DNA of 63,973 nucleotides, filler included, from Octopus bimaculoides (Eukaryota), in NCBI RefSeq assembly GCF_001194135.2. It is 6 parts of 6 records of this genome, joined end to end, with 100 filler letters (N's around TTAATTAATTAA, not from the genome) between each part and the next. Parts side by side here need not be neighbours in the genome. Positions count along the whole stretch, not along the records: positions 42,205 to 50,692 come from NC_068983.1; positions 50,793 to 61,060 come from NC_068996.1; 4 more parts are not named here. One strand, 5' to 3'. Below are positions 45,727-58,679 of this stretch, in pieces. Below the pieces are notes generated by a model. It was given only the letters and a program-made list of their open reading frames with translations, did no database searches and was not told the origin of the DNA. Made by a program: the position numbers and the translations under genes. Positions within the stretch are counted from its first letter, which is position 1, and each line of letters starts with the position of its first letter.

Positions 45727-45937
45727 ACTAAGCTGTCAGAATATTTTAATACACCAGACAAAATGCTTAGCAACATTTCTTTTGACTTTAAGTTCTGAGT
45801 TCAAATGCCACCGGGGTTCACTTTGCCTTTCATCCTTTGAGGATCGATAAATAAGTACCAGCCGAGCACTGGGGTCGATGTAATCAACTTCTCCTTCCCT
45901 TAAAATTACTGGCTTTGTGCCAAAATTTGAAACCAAT
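45727..45937 (+). mobile_element. SINE family A variant (3' end gtgccaaaatttgaaacc)
   Basis: Core ctttgcctttcatcctttg..gatcgataaataagtaccag; 3' end shared with minus copies at 56791 and 58682. Confidence 0.8.
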
Positions 45938-46910
45938 AAAAATAAAATTAGTCGGTTCAATTCTTATTTCAAGTTACTGCACTCTCTATAGTTTAAGCAT
46001 GGCATTTCATTTCAGAGAGATGCTAAATATATGTTTATTAAATATAATGTTAATTTTGAGATTATAATTTCATAGGAATTTTATGAATAACCGCAGAACC
46101 TTTACTGATTAGGGAAACTCGGTGCTAAAATTTTCAAATTAATTTTCACTAAATATCGCCTCACCGTCTATGTTTAACATCTACATATGATTTTCGACAC
46201 ATATTTATATATCTATGCGTATGTATATGACTATATAAGCATCTGCATATNNNNNNNNNNNNNNNNNNNNNNNNNNNNNNNGTGTGTGTGTGTGTGTGTG
46301 TGTGTGCGTGTGTGTGTGTGCTTATGCGTGTGTGTGTGTATGTCTGCGTGTGTGTTTGTGTGTGTGCTTGTATGTGTGTGTGTATGCATGTGTGTGTATG
46401 TATGTGTGCTTTTGAAAATATATACATATCTGCTATTTAATACCTAAAACATATTCGTTCGATTGTCTCGGAGGTTTCATGATTTTCAAGAACAAAATTT
46501 CTCACGTAGCTTCAATCTATGAATTTTTTTATTTATTTATTTATTTATTTATTTATTACCTTTTTATTCTATCACAATTTTTTAACAGCTTCTTTCACCT
46601 TCTCTATCTCTATTTCGAAAGTCTGTCTGAAGTATCTTTTATAAAATTAACTCCCCTGTCGTTTCCGCTCTTCAATAGCTGAAACGTTTAGTTCACCCAA
46701 TTTCAACAATTACCTTACTTTAAAACGATTTTTCGCTTTTATTTATTTATTTATTTATTTGTGTTGCTAATTATTCACTCTACTCTTTCTATTTCTTTTT
46801 TCCTCTTCTAATTCAGATACACACATATACATGCGCGCGCACACACACATATGCACATATATATACATATATATATATATATGACTGTGTGAGTATGTGT
46901 GTATGTGTAT

Positions 46911-46978
<68 letters not shown>

Positions 46979-47093
46979 AAAATAGATACATATGTACTCC
47001 ATAGGGCATATCTAATTCGCCTAAACGACATAGTTTTCACTAAGAGTGCTCCATGACTGATTAAGAATATACACACGCACACACACATACACA

Positions 47094-47153
<60 letters not shown>

Positions 47154-48865
47154 GAGAGAAAGAGATAAAGAACGAGAAAGAGATTTAAGAAGACATGATG
47201 CAACACATGCGCAAATAATTTTTTAATTTTTATTTTTATTTCTTTTATTCTAATTTTTATTTCTTTTATTCGTTCTCTTTCTCTTTCTGTCTTCCATTTT
47301 GCTTGCCTTCTGTATTTCAGAAAAGCTTCCATTTCTTTTTTCTCCTTTCTTCTTTCTTCTTTCTCCTATATTATAACACTCTTTCTGACATTAACTCGTT
47401 TTCTTCCTTTTTATAGTTTCATTTAGTTAATATTGTCCTCTTCTGTACATTCATTCTTTCTTAACTCTCTTCGATATATTTCATAAAGCAAATTCCAACG
47501 AAAGGATAAAAAAAAAGGAGAAATAACTGAATTGATTCCATATGAATGTATGAGTGTGTGACAGTAATATGTTAATAACACTTGCGTCGACATAAACTAT
47601 GTGAGAGAAATTGTTTACCGTACTTTCCGACATACAAGTTGAAATTTTGGATCTTTTTTAAAACGGGGGCCACATTTTTCATTAATGTTTTACGTAGTGT
47701 TTTTGGTACCGAAAGACTTTCAAACTTCGTATACTTATCTATTTTGTGTTATAGAACAGAAAAATATATTTGTATTCGAATTTATTTCATGTAAAAAATT
47801 GTCTTATTTCGATAATTTCAACCAATCACTGACAAGTATTCAGTTGTTTATATTTACTCCTTTGGCTGATTAAGCCATTGCTTCGTTTTATTTGCTTTTT
47901 TCATTTTAAATTTGCTTTTTTCATTTTCTTTTTTTTTCTTCGTTTTATTTGCTTTTTTCTTTTTNNNNNNNNNNNNNNNNNNNNNNNNNNNNNNNNNNNN
48001 NNNNNNNNNNNNNNNNNNNNNNNNNNNNNNNNNNNNNNNNNNNNNNNNNNNNNNNNNNNNNNNNNNNNNNNNNNNNNNNNNNNNNNNNNNNNNNNNNNNN
48101 NNNNNNNNNNNNNNNNNNNNNNNNNNNNNNNNNNNNNNNNNNNNNNNNNNNNNNNNNNNNNNNNNNNNNNNNNNNNNNNNNNNNNNNNNNNNNNNNNNNN
48201 NNNNNNNNNNNNNNNNNNNNNNNNNNNNNNNNNNNNNNNNNNNNNNNNNNNNNNNNNNNNNNNNNNNNNNNNNNNNNNNNNNNNNNNNNNNNNNNNNNNN
48301 NNNNNNNNNNNNNNNNNNNNNNNNNNNNNNNNNNNNNNNNNNNNNNNNNNNNNNNNNNNNNNNNNNNNNNNNNNNNNNNNNNNNNNNNNNNNNNNNNNNN
48401 NNNNNNNNNNNNNNNNNNNNNNNNNNNNNNNNNNNNNNNNNNNNNNNNNNNNNNNNNNNNNNNNNNNNNNNNNNNNNNNNNNNNNNNNNNNNNNNNNNNN
48501 NNNNNNNNNNNNNNNNNNNNNNNNNNNNNNNNNNNNNNNNNNNNNNNNNNNNNNNNNNNNNNNNNNNNNNNNNNNNNNNNNNNNNNNNNNNNNNNNNNNN
48601 NNNNNNNNNNNNNNGAAAGATAGCGACGATGTTGGGATGTTTACACTGCATGTTTATGCTTTATAGTATGTCGCCTGTACCATATCAATTTTGTTCATTC
48701 TTATACAAATACATACATACATAGATGCATGCATACATATAAACATAACACGCATACATACATGCATACATACATACATACATACATACATACATTCATA
48801 CATACATACATTCATACATATATACATACATACATATATCATACAAACATACATACATGCATATA

Positions 48866-48942
<77 letters not shown>

Positions 48943-50612
48943 GTGAAAGAAAATGCAATGAACGACATTGCAAATAAAATACAATATTCAGACATATGGG
49001 TAAAATAAAACATCCCCACTTATATCCATTTATATATCCACACATCCACACATATGTACTTATAACATGCATTCTTACTATTTTTACTATATATCTTAAT
49101 ATTAATATAGGCTAGGTCTAACTCATATATAAGTTAGTGTATATAGTTTGATATATACGTATATATATGTGTGTGTGTATACATACACACACACATACTT
49201 CTTACATTAAAAAAAATTTTTAACAGATATAAATGGATACAATATAAAGATTATATTTTTTACTTTATCATATCGTATTACCTATTTCTGTTTTTTTAAG
49301 AAGTGTATACATGTGCATATATGAATAGATATATACATGTATTTTTTGTTCTTTATTTTACTTTCTTTTATTTTTGTTTTTAAAAAATTTTAAGTATGTA
49401 TATAAAAAGTGTGTACGTATGCATATATAAATAGATGTATGTATATATATTTCGTTGTTTCTTGCAAACCAGATACAAAAACAAGGTGTATATATTTACT
49501 TTTACTTTATTATACCGTATTTTTCCTAACTCTGTAATAGTAAGAATATATATAAGAAGTATATATATGTGCATATATAAATAGATACATGTGTATATTT
49601 AAAACTATACACACAACTTTGCATGTGGGTTAGACTTTCAACCCAGCATATATTAACAATGACATAAATTGTAAAAGTGGTAAGACTATATGTAAGAAGT
49701 GTATATGCATACCCATATATAAATAAATATATGTGTAGGTATAAACGTATAAAACTATATACACTATCTTGTAGGTTGGTATATGAAAGAATATGTATGT
49801 ATGCGGAGCGGAGTATACCTACTAACTTGTTTCTCTAATTGTTTCAACAAAGAATATAAAAGCCAGACGGTAATAAACTTTAAACAGAGACTAATTAGAG
49901 TGTAAAATGGAGTTGTTTTGTGACGAATGACAGGTGGTAATTTAGCCCCTTCAAATAAACAAAGGAACAGTTGATAAGTACATAAATGGTCGGTCTTCAT
50001 TTATTTATCACTAATATCTGTAAATGCTTAATTTTATTCTTCATTTTATTTTTCATTCTGTTTTGCAAATTCTTCTTTATAATCTGACCATGAAGATAGG
50101 ATTGTATGTAATTTGTAGTAAACCTTATCCCCTTTTTTGTTTCGTTTATTTCTTTATTTCCGTATTTTGTATTTTGGTTATAATTGTATTTTGTTTGTCA
50201 CTATATCTATGTGTTTAGCTATGTCTATAAACTGCTGAAAATAACACAGTGCTTTGGGTATGCATTTTTACGCTGAGTGAAATGACAAGAGAACCTTCCG
50301 ATGGATTCATTTAAACAATCACCTGAGGATGTGCATTTTCCACTTTGGATGGATGATTATAACTACACAACATCTCACCAATATACTGCGAGTGTAAAAA
50401 TGTGCTGAAACAATTGTAGAGATTTTAAACCACAATGTCGTTCATTGCATTTTCTATATAAACTGTACGGATACTATGAAATTCCTGATGTAAATCCAGT
50501 ACAAGAACATTTCCATAGTACGGTGACATCTGGTAAACCAATAACTGTGTTCGAGCTTTGCATATCATACTACAAGGTTTTTACCCGAATCTTATTTCAC
50601 TTACACGCACAG

Positions 50613-50692
<80 letters not shown>

Positions 50693-50792
50693 NNNNNNNN
50701 NNNNNNNNNNNNNNNNNNNNNNNNNNNNNNNNNNNNTTAATTAATTAANNNNNNNNNNNNNNNNNNNNNNNNNNNNNNNNNNNNNNNNNNNN

Positions 50793-50831
<39 letters not shown>

Positions 50832-51151
50832 TATATTTACATGTATAAACATATATGTACATACATATATTATATTGATACTTATACACACACATGTATA
50901 TGTGTATACATAAATATAATGGTGGTGCCCCAGCTTTGAAGCTAAAACAATTTAAAGATTTATATGCACATATAAGCGTACACACACATATTCATTTAAG
51001 ATGTGTTTTTATTTATGGCATCAGGTACGTGCATGGATGATGGGTGAGTGAAAGTAGAAAAGTTTCATCACTGTATCTGTATACCAGTAAGAAACAAGAA
51101 CCAAATAGTATGTGAAGAGTTATATTATATACTTATATGCATGTGTGAATA

Positions 51152-51256
51152 TCATCATCATCATCATCATCGTTTAACGTCCGCTTTCCATGCTAGCATG
51201 GGTTGGACGATTTGACTGAGGACTGGTGAAACCAGATGGCTACACCAGTCTCCAAT
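51152..51256 (-). mobile_element. SINE family C 3' end with (CAT)n tail, abutting a family B copy
   Basis: catcatcatcgtttaacgtccgctttccatgc; plus-strand relative at 54138-54335. Confidence 0.75.
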
Positions 51257-51661
51257 CTCTTTTACTCTTTTACTTGTTTCAATCTTTTGACTGTGGCCAT
51301 GCTGGAGCACCGCCTATAGTCGAGCAAATCGACCCCAGGACTTATTCTTTGGAAGCCTAGTACTTATTCTATCGGTCTCTTTTGCTGAACCGCTAAGTTA
51401 CGGGGACGTAAACACACCAACATCGGTTATCAAGCGATGTTGGGGGGACAAACACAGACATACAAACACATACACACATACATATATATATATATACATA
51501 TATACGACAGGCTTCTTTCAGTTTCCGTCTACCAAATCCACTCACAAGGCTTTGGCCGGCCCAAGGCTATAGTAGAAGACACTTGCCCAAGATGCCACGC
51601 AGTGGGACTGAACCCAGGACCATGTGGTTGGTAAGCAAGCTACTTACCACACAGCCACTCC
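51257..51661 (-). mobile_element. SINE family B, full length
   Basis: Colinear with 38021-38451. Confidence 0.92.
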
Positions 51662-52447
51662 AATATATATATATATTGTCATACTTGATAGGCTAAACAA
51701 ATACACCAATGTTATTTTAATTGTAAATCATTCATGTTTTGTGAATGTATGTATAGAAAAGTACACACAAACATTTTCAGGTTACTGCATTTTTTTTTTT
51801 TCTTTTAATATAAAAAATGTTGGATTTTGTTAACTGTTATCATCATAATGTTTACAGTGCTACATCAGCAACTCTTGCTAATAAGAAGAACCATAGCCCT
51901 TCATAATAATTCTCACAGTATTAGTACCATAACATGTTTGATCAAACATCTGGAAGAAACAGAAATTGTTTTTTCATAAAAGCCACCTGTGCTTGGCTGA
52001 CCCTTAATTGTGTTACAATTTCGATTCTTAAAGAATTTGTAAACGTGGATAAGGAAGGAAAAAGAGTCAAAATTTATTGAGACGTATAAGCAATTTGTGG
52101 TTTCCATGTGTTACAAATATTCCACAACATAGAATTTGCAAGAGATTTTGCATAATATTGATTCTAAGTAAGTCAACAGACAACAGAATTTCCAAGAACA
52201 AATTAATTAAATTTAGTGTGTGTCATTATTAGAATAAAAATAATGTGTATATATATATATATATATATAATTAGGGAAAACAAATTTCCAAATCAATCAG
52301 ATGTAACCCTACAGCATTATATGCATCTACATATATCATACTTTGGGGTCTTATTTATCTATAAATATACAAAGCATCTGATAAAAGTCAATATTCAATT
52401 TTGAGGGATTAATCGATATGCGAGTATTCTATTTCAGTTTATACAAA

Positions 52448-52652
52448 AATAACCTAATGAGTATATCTAACAGTAAACTCATGGTATCAGTTTGCACAGC
52501 ACGAAATAATACTTAAAGGATATAACTAAAATTACCAGCTATATAATGTACTTCAATATAGCTGGTAACTTTGGTTATATCCTTTAAGTGTTATTTTGTG
52601 ATGTGCAAACTGATACCATGGGTTTACTGTCAGATATACACATTAGGTTATT
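52448..52652. repeat. Foldback element: 97-bp inverted arms, 11-nt loop
   Basis: 52448-52544 versus the reverse complement of 52556-52652: 8 mismatches by manual alignment. A diverged single-arm copy lies at 55920-56050. Confidence 0.9.
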
Positions 52653-52719
52653 ATGTGTGCTGCATGTGTATATGTATGTCTGTGTATACATATGTATATA
52701 TGTACGCATGTATGAATGC

Positions 52720-52750
<31 letters not shown>

Positions 52751-54137
52751 TGTATGTATGTATGTATGTATGTACATGTATGTATGTTATCAATCAGTTT
52801 CATTTCTGTATTTCTTGTCCATAGAGAAAGAGCCGGATTCTAACATAGATTCAAGGCTCCTTCATTGGAACTTTTATCAACATCATCTAGGTATTTGTGC
52901 ATATGTGTGTGTGTGCAGTATTTGGTGTTAGTGTATGCGCAGATTTGTATGTTTGTTTTATGGATGCGTTTTTATGTATATATTTTCATGTCTAGATGCA
53001 TGCATATGTATTTATGTGCTAAATTTTTGGAAAGTTTTTTAATGTATGAATGTATGTATGTATGTATGTATGTATGTTTGTATTGAGCTGAGAATGATAC
53101 ACGATTCAAATCCTGCCAAGTTGACCTGGCCATGATTTGAACTGAGAATGTAAAGTGCTGGAACATTTACCATAGTTCTGTCTGCCAATTCACCTCCATA
53201 AATTAAGTACCAGCTAAGTACCAGACACAATTCTCTCTCCTTCTAGCAATCACATCTTCAATGTTCCAGAGGGACGAGAAGGTGGGATGTGTCGAAGGGG
53301 TGTTAAGGGAGTGTTTGTGTCTACTCACACATACAAGAACATCAAAAACAATAAGGGGTGGTGTATGTTTATACCAAAACCCACACTCAGTTATGAGTGA
53401 CATCTGTATCACACTCACATACGCATATCCCTATATGTATATATATACACACACACACACACATACATGTATTATATATAGAATCTGCCTTCCTACCCAC
53501 ATTTGACATTCATGCCACTATGACCACCACCACCAACTACAAACCTCAGATTGTCTCTTCTTTCCACCATCACATGTTCCTCATCCTTGCCAAGCACTAT
53601 GCTCGCCTCTCTCTTAACCCAACCGCACTCTAACAACCCTAACCAAACACGTCATCTCTCTCTCTCTCTCCCCCCATTATCAATTTCTCACTTCATCCAC
53701 CTCTTGACACTATTCCATCTCTACAGTTGTCACCTACACTTTCTTAACTCCTCTATTTTTCATTACTCAACACTTATTCTTCATTTATTATATTTACATC
53801 CTGCTTCACCCGTTCCTCTGTCTCTGACCTCCCCCATGCTCTCTTGCAACCTCTACCCACCTAGACTCCCTGTTCCCTTCTCCCCACTCACTTTTTCCCA
53901 TCTCGTGCAACTTGAGGGTTCACCCTGACACTTCATCTCCATTATTTCTTTTCATCCTTTTCCAGCTCCACTCAGTCATTTCCATCCTCTTAATATGAGT
54001 ATATTGTAGCTCCTCTACAATAAGAAACTGGTTCTGCTCTGGCCCTTTATTTCAGAAACTAATCCCTCATCTTGTAACATAAAGCTGTTCCCTTAGGATT
54101 TGTAGTCATGCAAATCTCATGGAGATCTCATTAGTGC

Positions 54138-54335
54138 TGCTGTCATGAAAAAAGTACCCAGTTCATTCCGTAAAGTGGTTAGCATTAGGAAGGGCATCCA
54201 GCCACAAGCAACCATGCCAAAGCAGATATTAGAGCACATGCAGTCCTTGAACCCACTGGATCCCATGAATCCATTCAACCCAAGCCGGTATGGAACATGG
54301 ATGTTAAATGATAATAATGATAATGATGATGATGA
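54138..54335 (+). mobile_element. SINE family C, diverged, with (GAT)n tail
   Basis: gcattaggaagggcatccagcc...ggaacatggatgttaaatgataatgat. Confidence 0.7.
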
Positions 54336-54375
54336 TAATGATCTCTCACACACACACACACACACTAATAGGAAA

Positions 54376-55174
54376 TTACGGGCCTAATGCAGTTTTGCAC
54401 CTCTCCCTCAAAAATGCATTTAAAAAAAAAAATTTTTTTCAGATTCCTACATTTTAAATGTCAGAAATTATGAATATGTAAAAAAAAAAAAAATTTAACC
54501 TCCCCTACCACCACCCACCACCCTAAAATTTTGAACTTTTTCGAAATTTTTTTTCCTATGCAAGAAACCACATTTTCAAAATTTTAAATTCAATAAGCAT
54601 ATAGATAGGTGTATAAAGAGATATATATGAATGTCTTCCTGGGGCTAAAAACAACAGTAACAGTGTCTTCTAAAGGACTGCCACATTTAATTGGCAAATA
54701 TATTTTATGAATAAAGGGACAGGGATAAATAGTTAAACAGATAGATAAATAAATGGATGAAAAAGTTCAAAATTTAAAATTGGGGAGGGGGTGAAATTTG
54801 AGCCCCTTATTAAACTTTATAACATTAATTATTAAACATTAATGTTTGTTTCTCATAAAATGGTGTATATTTAATTTACATTGAATTATTATTTGTGATT
54901 ATTTAAGGCAAACACAAGTAAAACGCAAATTTTTTTCACTTTAATGTTTTTGTCTGTATTCAATTTCAATTTGCATATGTTCGTCAATTTGCTATGATCT
55001 CTTTAAAGTAAACAAAATCAAAAATATAAATTGGGTGGGGAGTGGGGTGAAATTTTAAAAAATTTTTATTTGGCATATTCATAATCTTCAACATCTAATA
55101 CGTAGGAACATGGAAAAATGCTTTAAAAAAAATGCATTTTTCAGCGAGAGGTGTGAAACAGCATTAGCCCATAA
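54376..55174. mobile_element. ~800-bp MITE with long imperfect terminal inverted repeats
   Basis: Left tacgggcctaatgcagttttgcacctctc..aaaaatgcattt...attatgaatatg matches the reverse complement of the right end over ~150 bp; TA on both flanks. Confidence 0.75.
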
Positions 55175-55391
55175 TTACAATAAAAGAATCTAAGTGTAGG
55201 AAGTCAGTAAGCTTCAAAGATTTATGCTGTTAGTATAGATGACAAAAGGTGGACAATATATGATAAAATGAGTTTATTAACCATTGTCAGTTACACGCCT
55301 CATCCCATTTTGAAATTGAAAGGAATTTCAATAAGCTGATACTCACCATACAACTCAGTTTAGCAAGTAAAGTTACTAAAAGTATGAATAA

Positions 55392-55428
<37 letters not shown>

Positions 55429-56790
55429 CATGGAATGTGGACATTAAATGATAATGATGGTATGTGTGTGTATGCGTGTGTGTGTATGTGTGTGTGTGTG
55501 TGCACGTGTATGTGTATGTATATATGTATATATGCATGTATGTGTGAATGTATGTATGTTTATCCATGTATATATATGTATATACATATATATACATATA
55601 CATAGAAAAGTTTGCATCCTTAAGAAAAAAAATGATAACCTAAGTTTCATAAGCTCATAATTAACCCTGTAGAAGTCCTAGCCCGTATAGTATGCTTAGA
55701 ATTTCTGATCAACAAGGAGATGGTACTGAGACATATACGTAGGTTCTTTAATTTAATTTTTTTTTTTAGCTTTACAACTTATAATCAGTTTATTTGTACT
55801 GTTATGCCTTTATAACATACAAATAAATTATTCATGCATTCATTTTTTTTTTCTATTTTCTCTTCCTTCAATACATATACATAGAAATATATATAAATAT
55901 ATATATATAATAATTCAGTTTTGAGAATTAATAGATATGTGGGTATTCTATTTCAGATTATGCAAAAAATAATAACATGAGTATATCAGAAGGTAAACTC
56001 ATGGTATCCATTGTTCATCAAGAAATAATACTTTAAGGATAAAACCAGTACACCAATCATACATACATACACAATATATACATGTGAGTGTGGTTGTGGG
56101 TGTGTATACACATGCACATATTTTCATAACATGTTTTAAGCAAATGTTTAACTCTTTTCTTTTTTTGGCAGACTAAAGAAAAAATATTGCAACCAATTTG
56201 CATTTCAAACTGTGGCAGATCTGAAAAAATAAATAATCAAGCACAGTAAGAAAGTCAATGACAAAAGCAGCACTAATGATGAAGAAGATGATGACGACGT
56301 CAATGTTGACCCAAAAGCATTGCATACAGCAGAATACAGTAAGTGCAGAACGTGCAAAAGTAAGGAAAAAAAAAGTCTCTGACTGACCTTTGTCAGCTAA
56401 GAAATAATACATTTGCAAGCATGAGAGAGTTAGAGGTCTTTCATAGACTGGAAGGTAAGCCAACATTATGAAATACAAATAGAAAGGAACTGGTGTAAAT
56501 ATACACCAGAAAAGGTCTCTGAGAATAGCAAAGAAACAATAATCTGGTGTATGCCATTAGAGATACAGATAGAGAGATTAAGGTTAACTGACCAGATATC
56601 ATTATTAAAGATAACAAAGAAAGAAAATATTTCTAACTGAAGTCTCAGTCCCAACAGACAATATTGTCTCCCAAAGAATAAGAGAAATTACCTAAATATA
56701 AAGATCTGGAAATAAAAATAACCTAAACAGGGTAACTAAAAAACAGGAATAACTCTTATAATAGTAGCAATAGCTACAACAATAATACTA

Positions 56791-57005
56791 ATGGTTTCAA
56801 ATTTTGGCACAAGGTCAGCAAGTAAGTTCAAATGAGAAAGTTAATTACATAGACCTCATTGCTTAACTAGTACTTATTTTATTACCCCTGAAAGGATGAA
56901 AGGCAAAATCAACCTTGTTGGAATTTGAACCTACAAATTAAGAAGAGGCAAAATGTTGCTAATCATTTTACTTGGCATGCTAATAATTCTGCCAGCTTGC
57001 CATCT
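56791..57005 (-). mobile_element. SINE family A variant; further minus copies at 57372-57539 and 58682-58850
   Basis: ggtttcaaattttggcacaagg...aaaggatgaaaggcaaa...ctgccagcttgcc. Confidence 0.8.
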
Positions 57006-57308
57006 TAAAAACAATAACAACAATAATAATAGCTGCCTTTGAAATAAGAAAAATATAAACACATGCTGACAAATATATAACCAAAACCGCAGGATATACA
57101 ACTATGCACAACATAAAGAAAACAGTACTATAGGTACTGTACATTATAGAGTATACACTAGACATTGTACAAATATTGCTAAGAGTTCTTTCAGTACAGT
57201 AGGCATAACAAAACTAATACAAGAAAAAATGATGCACATTGCACATACCCAAGGCACACAGAGCTGTGGTTCCATGTATTGTGAAAGCACACAAACAAAA
57301 TAAAGCTA

Positions 57309-57371
<63 letters not shown>

Positions 57372-57548
57372 CTTTTCTACTATAGGCACAAGGCCTGAAA
57401 TTTGGGGAAGTAGAATGGTCAGTTACATCGAGCCAGTGCATGACTGGTACTTATTTCAGTGACCCCAAAAGGATGAAAGCAAAGCCAGCGAAAAAATTTT
57501 GCCTGGCAAGCTAACAATTCAGCCAGCTTGCCCGCCTTAATAATAATA

Positions 57549-57634
<86 letters not shown>

Positions 57635-57638
<4 letters not shown>

Positions 57639-58533
57639 GCAGAGAAAAAGGAAAAACAAAGGAAGAAATATAAAAAGGACAAGAAGAAGAATTACGCAAG
57701 AAGGGACTACACAATCAATTTACATGTAGCTACAACAGAAGTTGCTGGAAAAAATAGGTGGGATTCGCTGAAGAAAGGAACACTAAAAAAAAGAGACCAA
57801 AAGCACTATACTGGCAATGCAGGACCAAGCTTTAGCCACGAACTGAAGGGTCAAACTTAGGAATGAGCAAGTGTCTCCGCTGTGCTGCATCTGCAATAGA
57901 GTGGATGAAACCATTGTCCATATCACGAACGAATGCCCTAGACTTGCCCAAAACCACTACAAGTTGTGGCGACACAATCAGGTAGTGAAAGTGTTACACT
58001 GGAAACTGTGCGAAAAGTAGGGGCTAGAGAGAGGCAAGACGTGGTATGAGCACAAACCACAGTGAGTGACAGAGTCGGAGACTAGCAAAATCCTCTGGGA
58101 TTTCCCGATCCAAGCAGATCAGGTGCTAGAGCATAACAACCCAGACCTAGTGGTGGTGGACAAGGTGCACCGCATATGCTATATGGTTGATGTTGCATGC
58201 CCCTTTGACCCACAAATAGCCAAGAAGGAAGGCAAAAAGATAGATACATACAACCTTCTTAAGTACGAAATAGTCCAGTTATGGAAAATAAAGAAGGTGA
58301 AGATAGTGCCAATTATTGTTGGGTCTTTGGGAAAGGTATCAGAAGGCATCAAGAGGAATATAAAGGAAATTGGAATAGAGTACCCAGTAGAACTGTGACA
58401 AAAAGCACGGCCAGAATAATCAGGAAAGTATTAGATAGCTGAAAAGAAGGAATAGCTTGGTAACATAGGCTACTGGTAGTAAGCCCGCTATGCATGCAAG
58501 ACTCCAGGAGCTCCAACAAAACCTATAATAAAG
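57635..58533 (+). mobile_element. 5'-truncated R4/Dong-clade LINE (CCHC knuckle + PD-(D/E)xK endonuclease)
   Basis: W..LKKG.LKK, QDQALATN, SPLC.IC...ETI.HI..EC, RHNQV...HW.LC, ILWDFPIQAD....NNPDLVVVDK...DVACPFD...K.EKI..Y..LKYEI..LW...PII.GSLG; several stops; flanked by (TAA/TGA)n and (GAT)n. Confidence 0.9.
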
Positions 58534-58607
58534 AGATGATGATGATGATGATGATGATGATATTTAAAGGATCGATGTTACTCCTCCAGAAACAGTCGCA
58601 CTCTTCT

Positions 58608-58679
<72 letters not shown>

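Noticed and set aside
50218-50600. Exon-like complex sequence on either strand
   Set aside because: All frames are interrupted by stops within ~40 codons and no recognisable motif was found.
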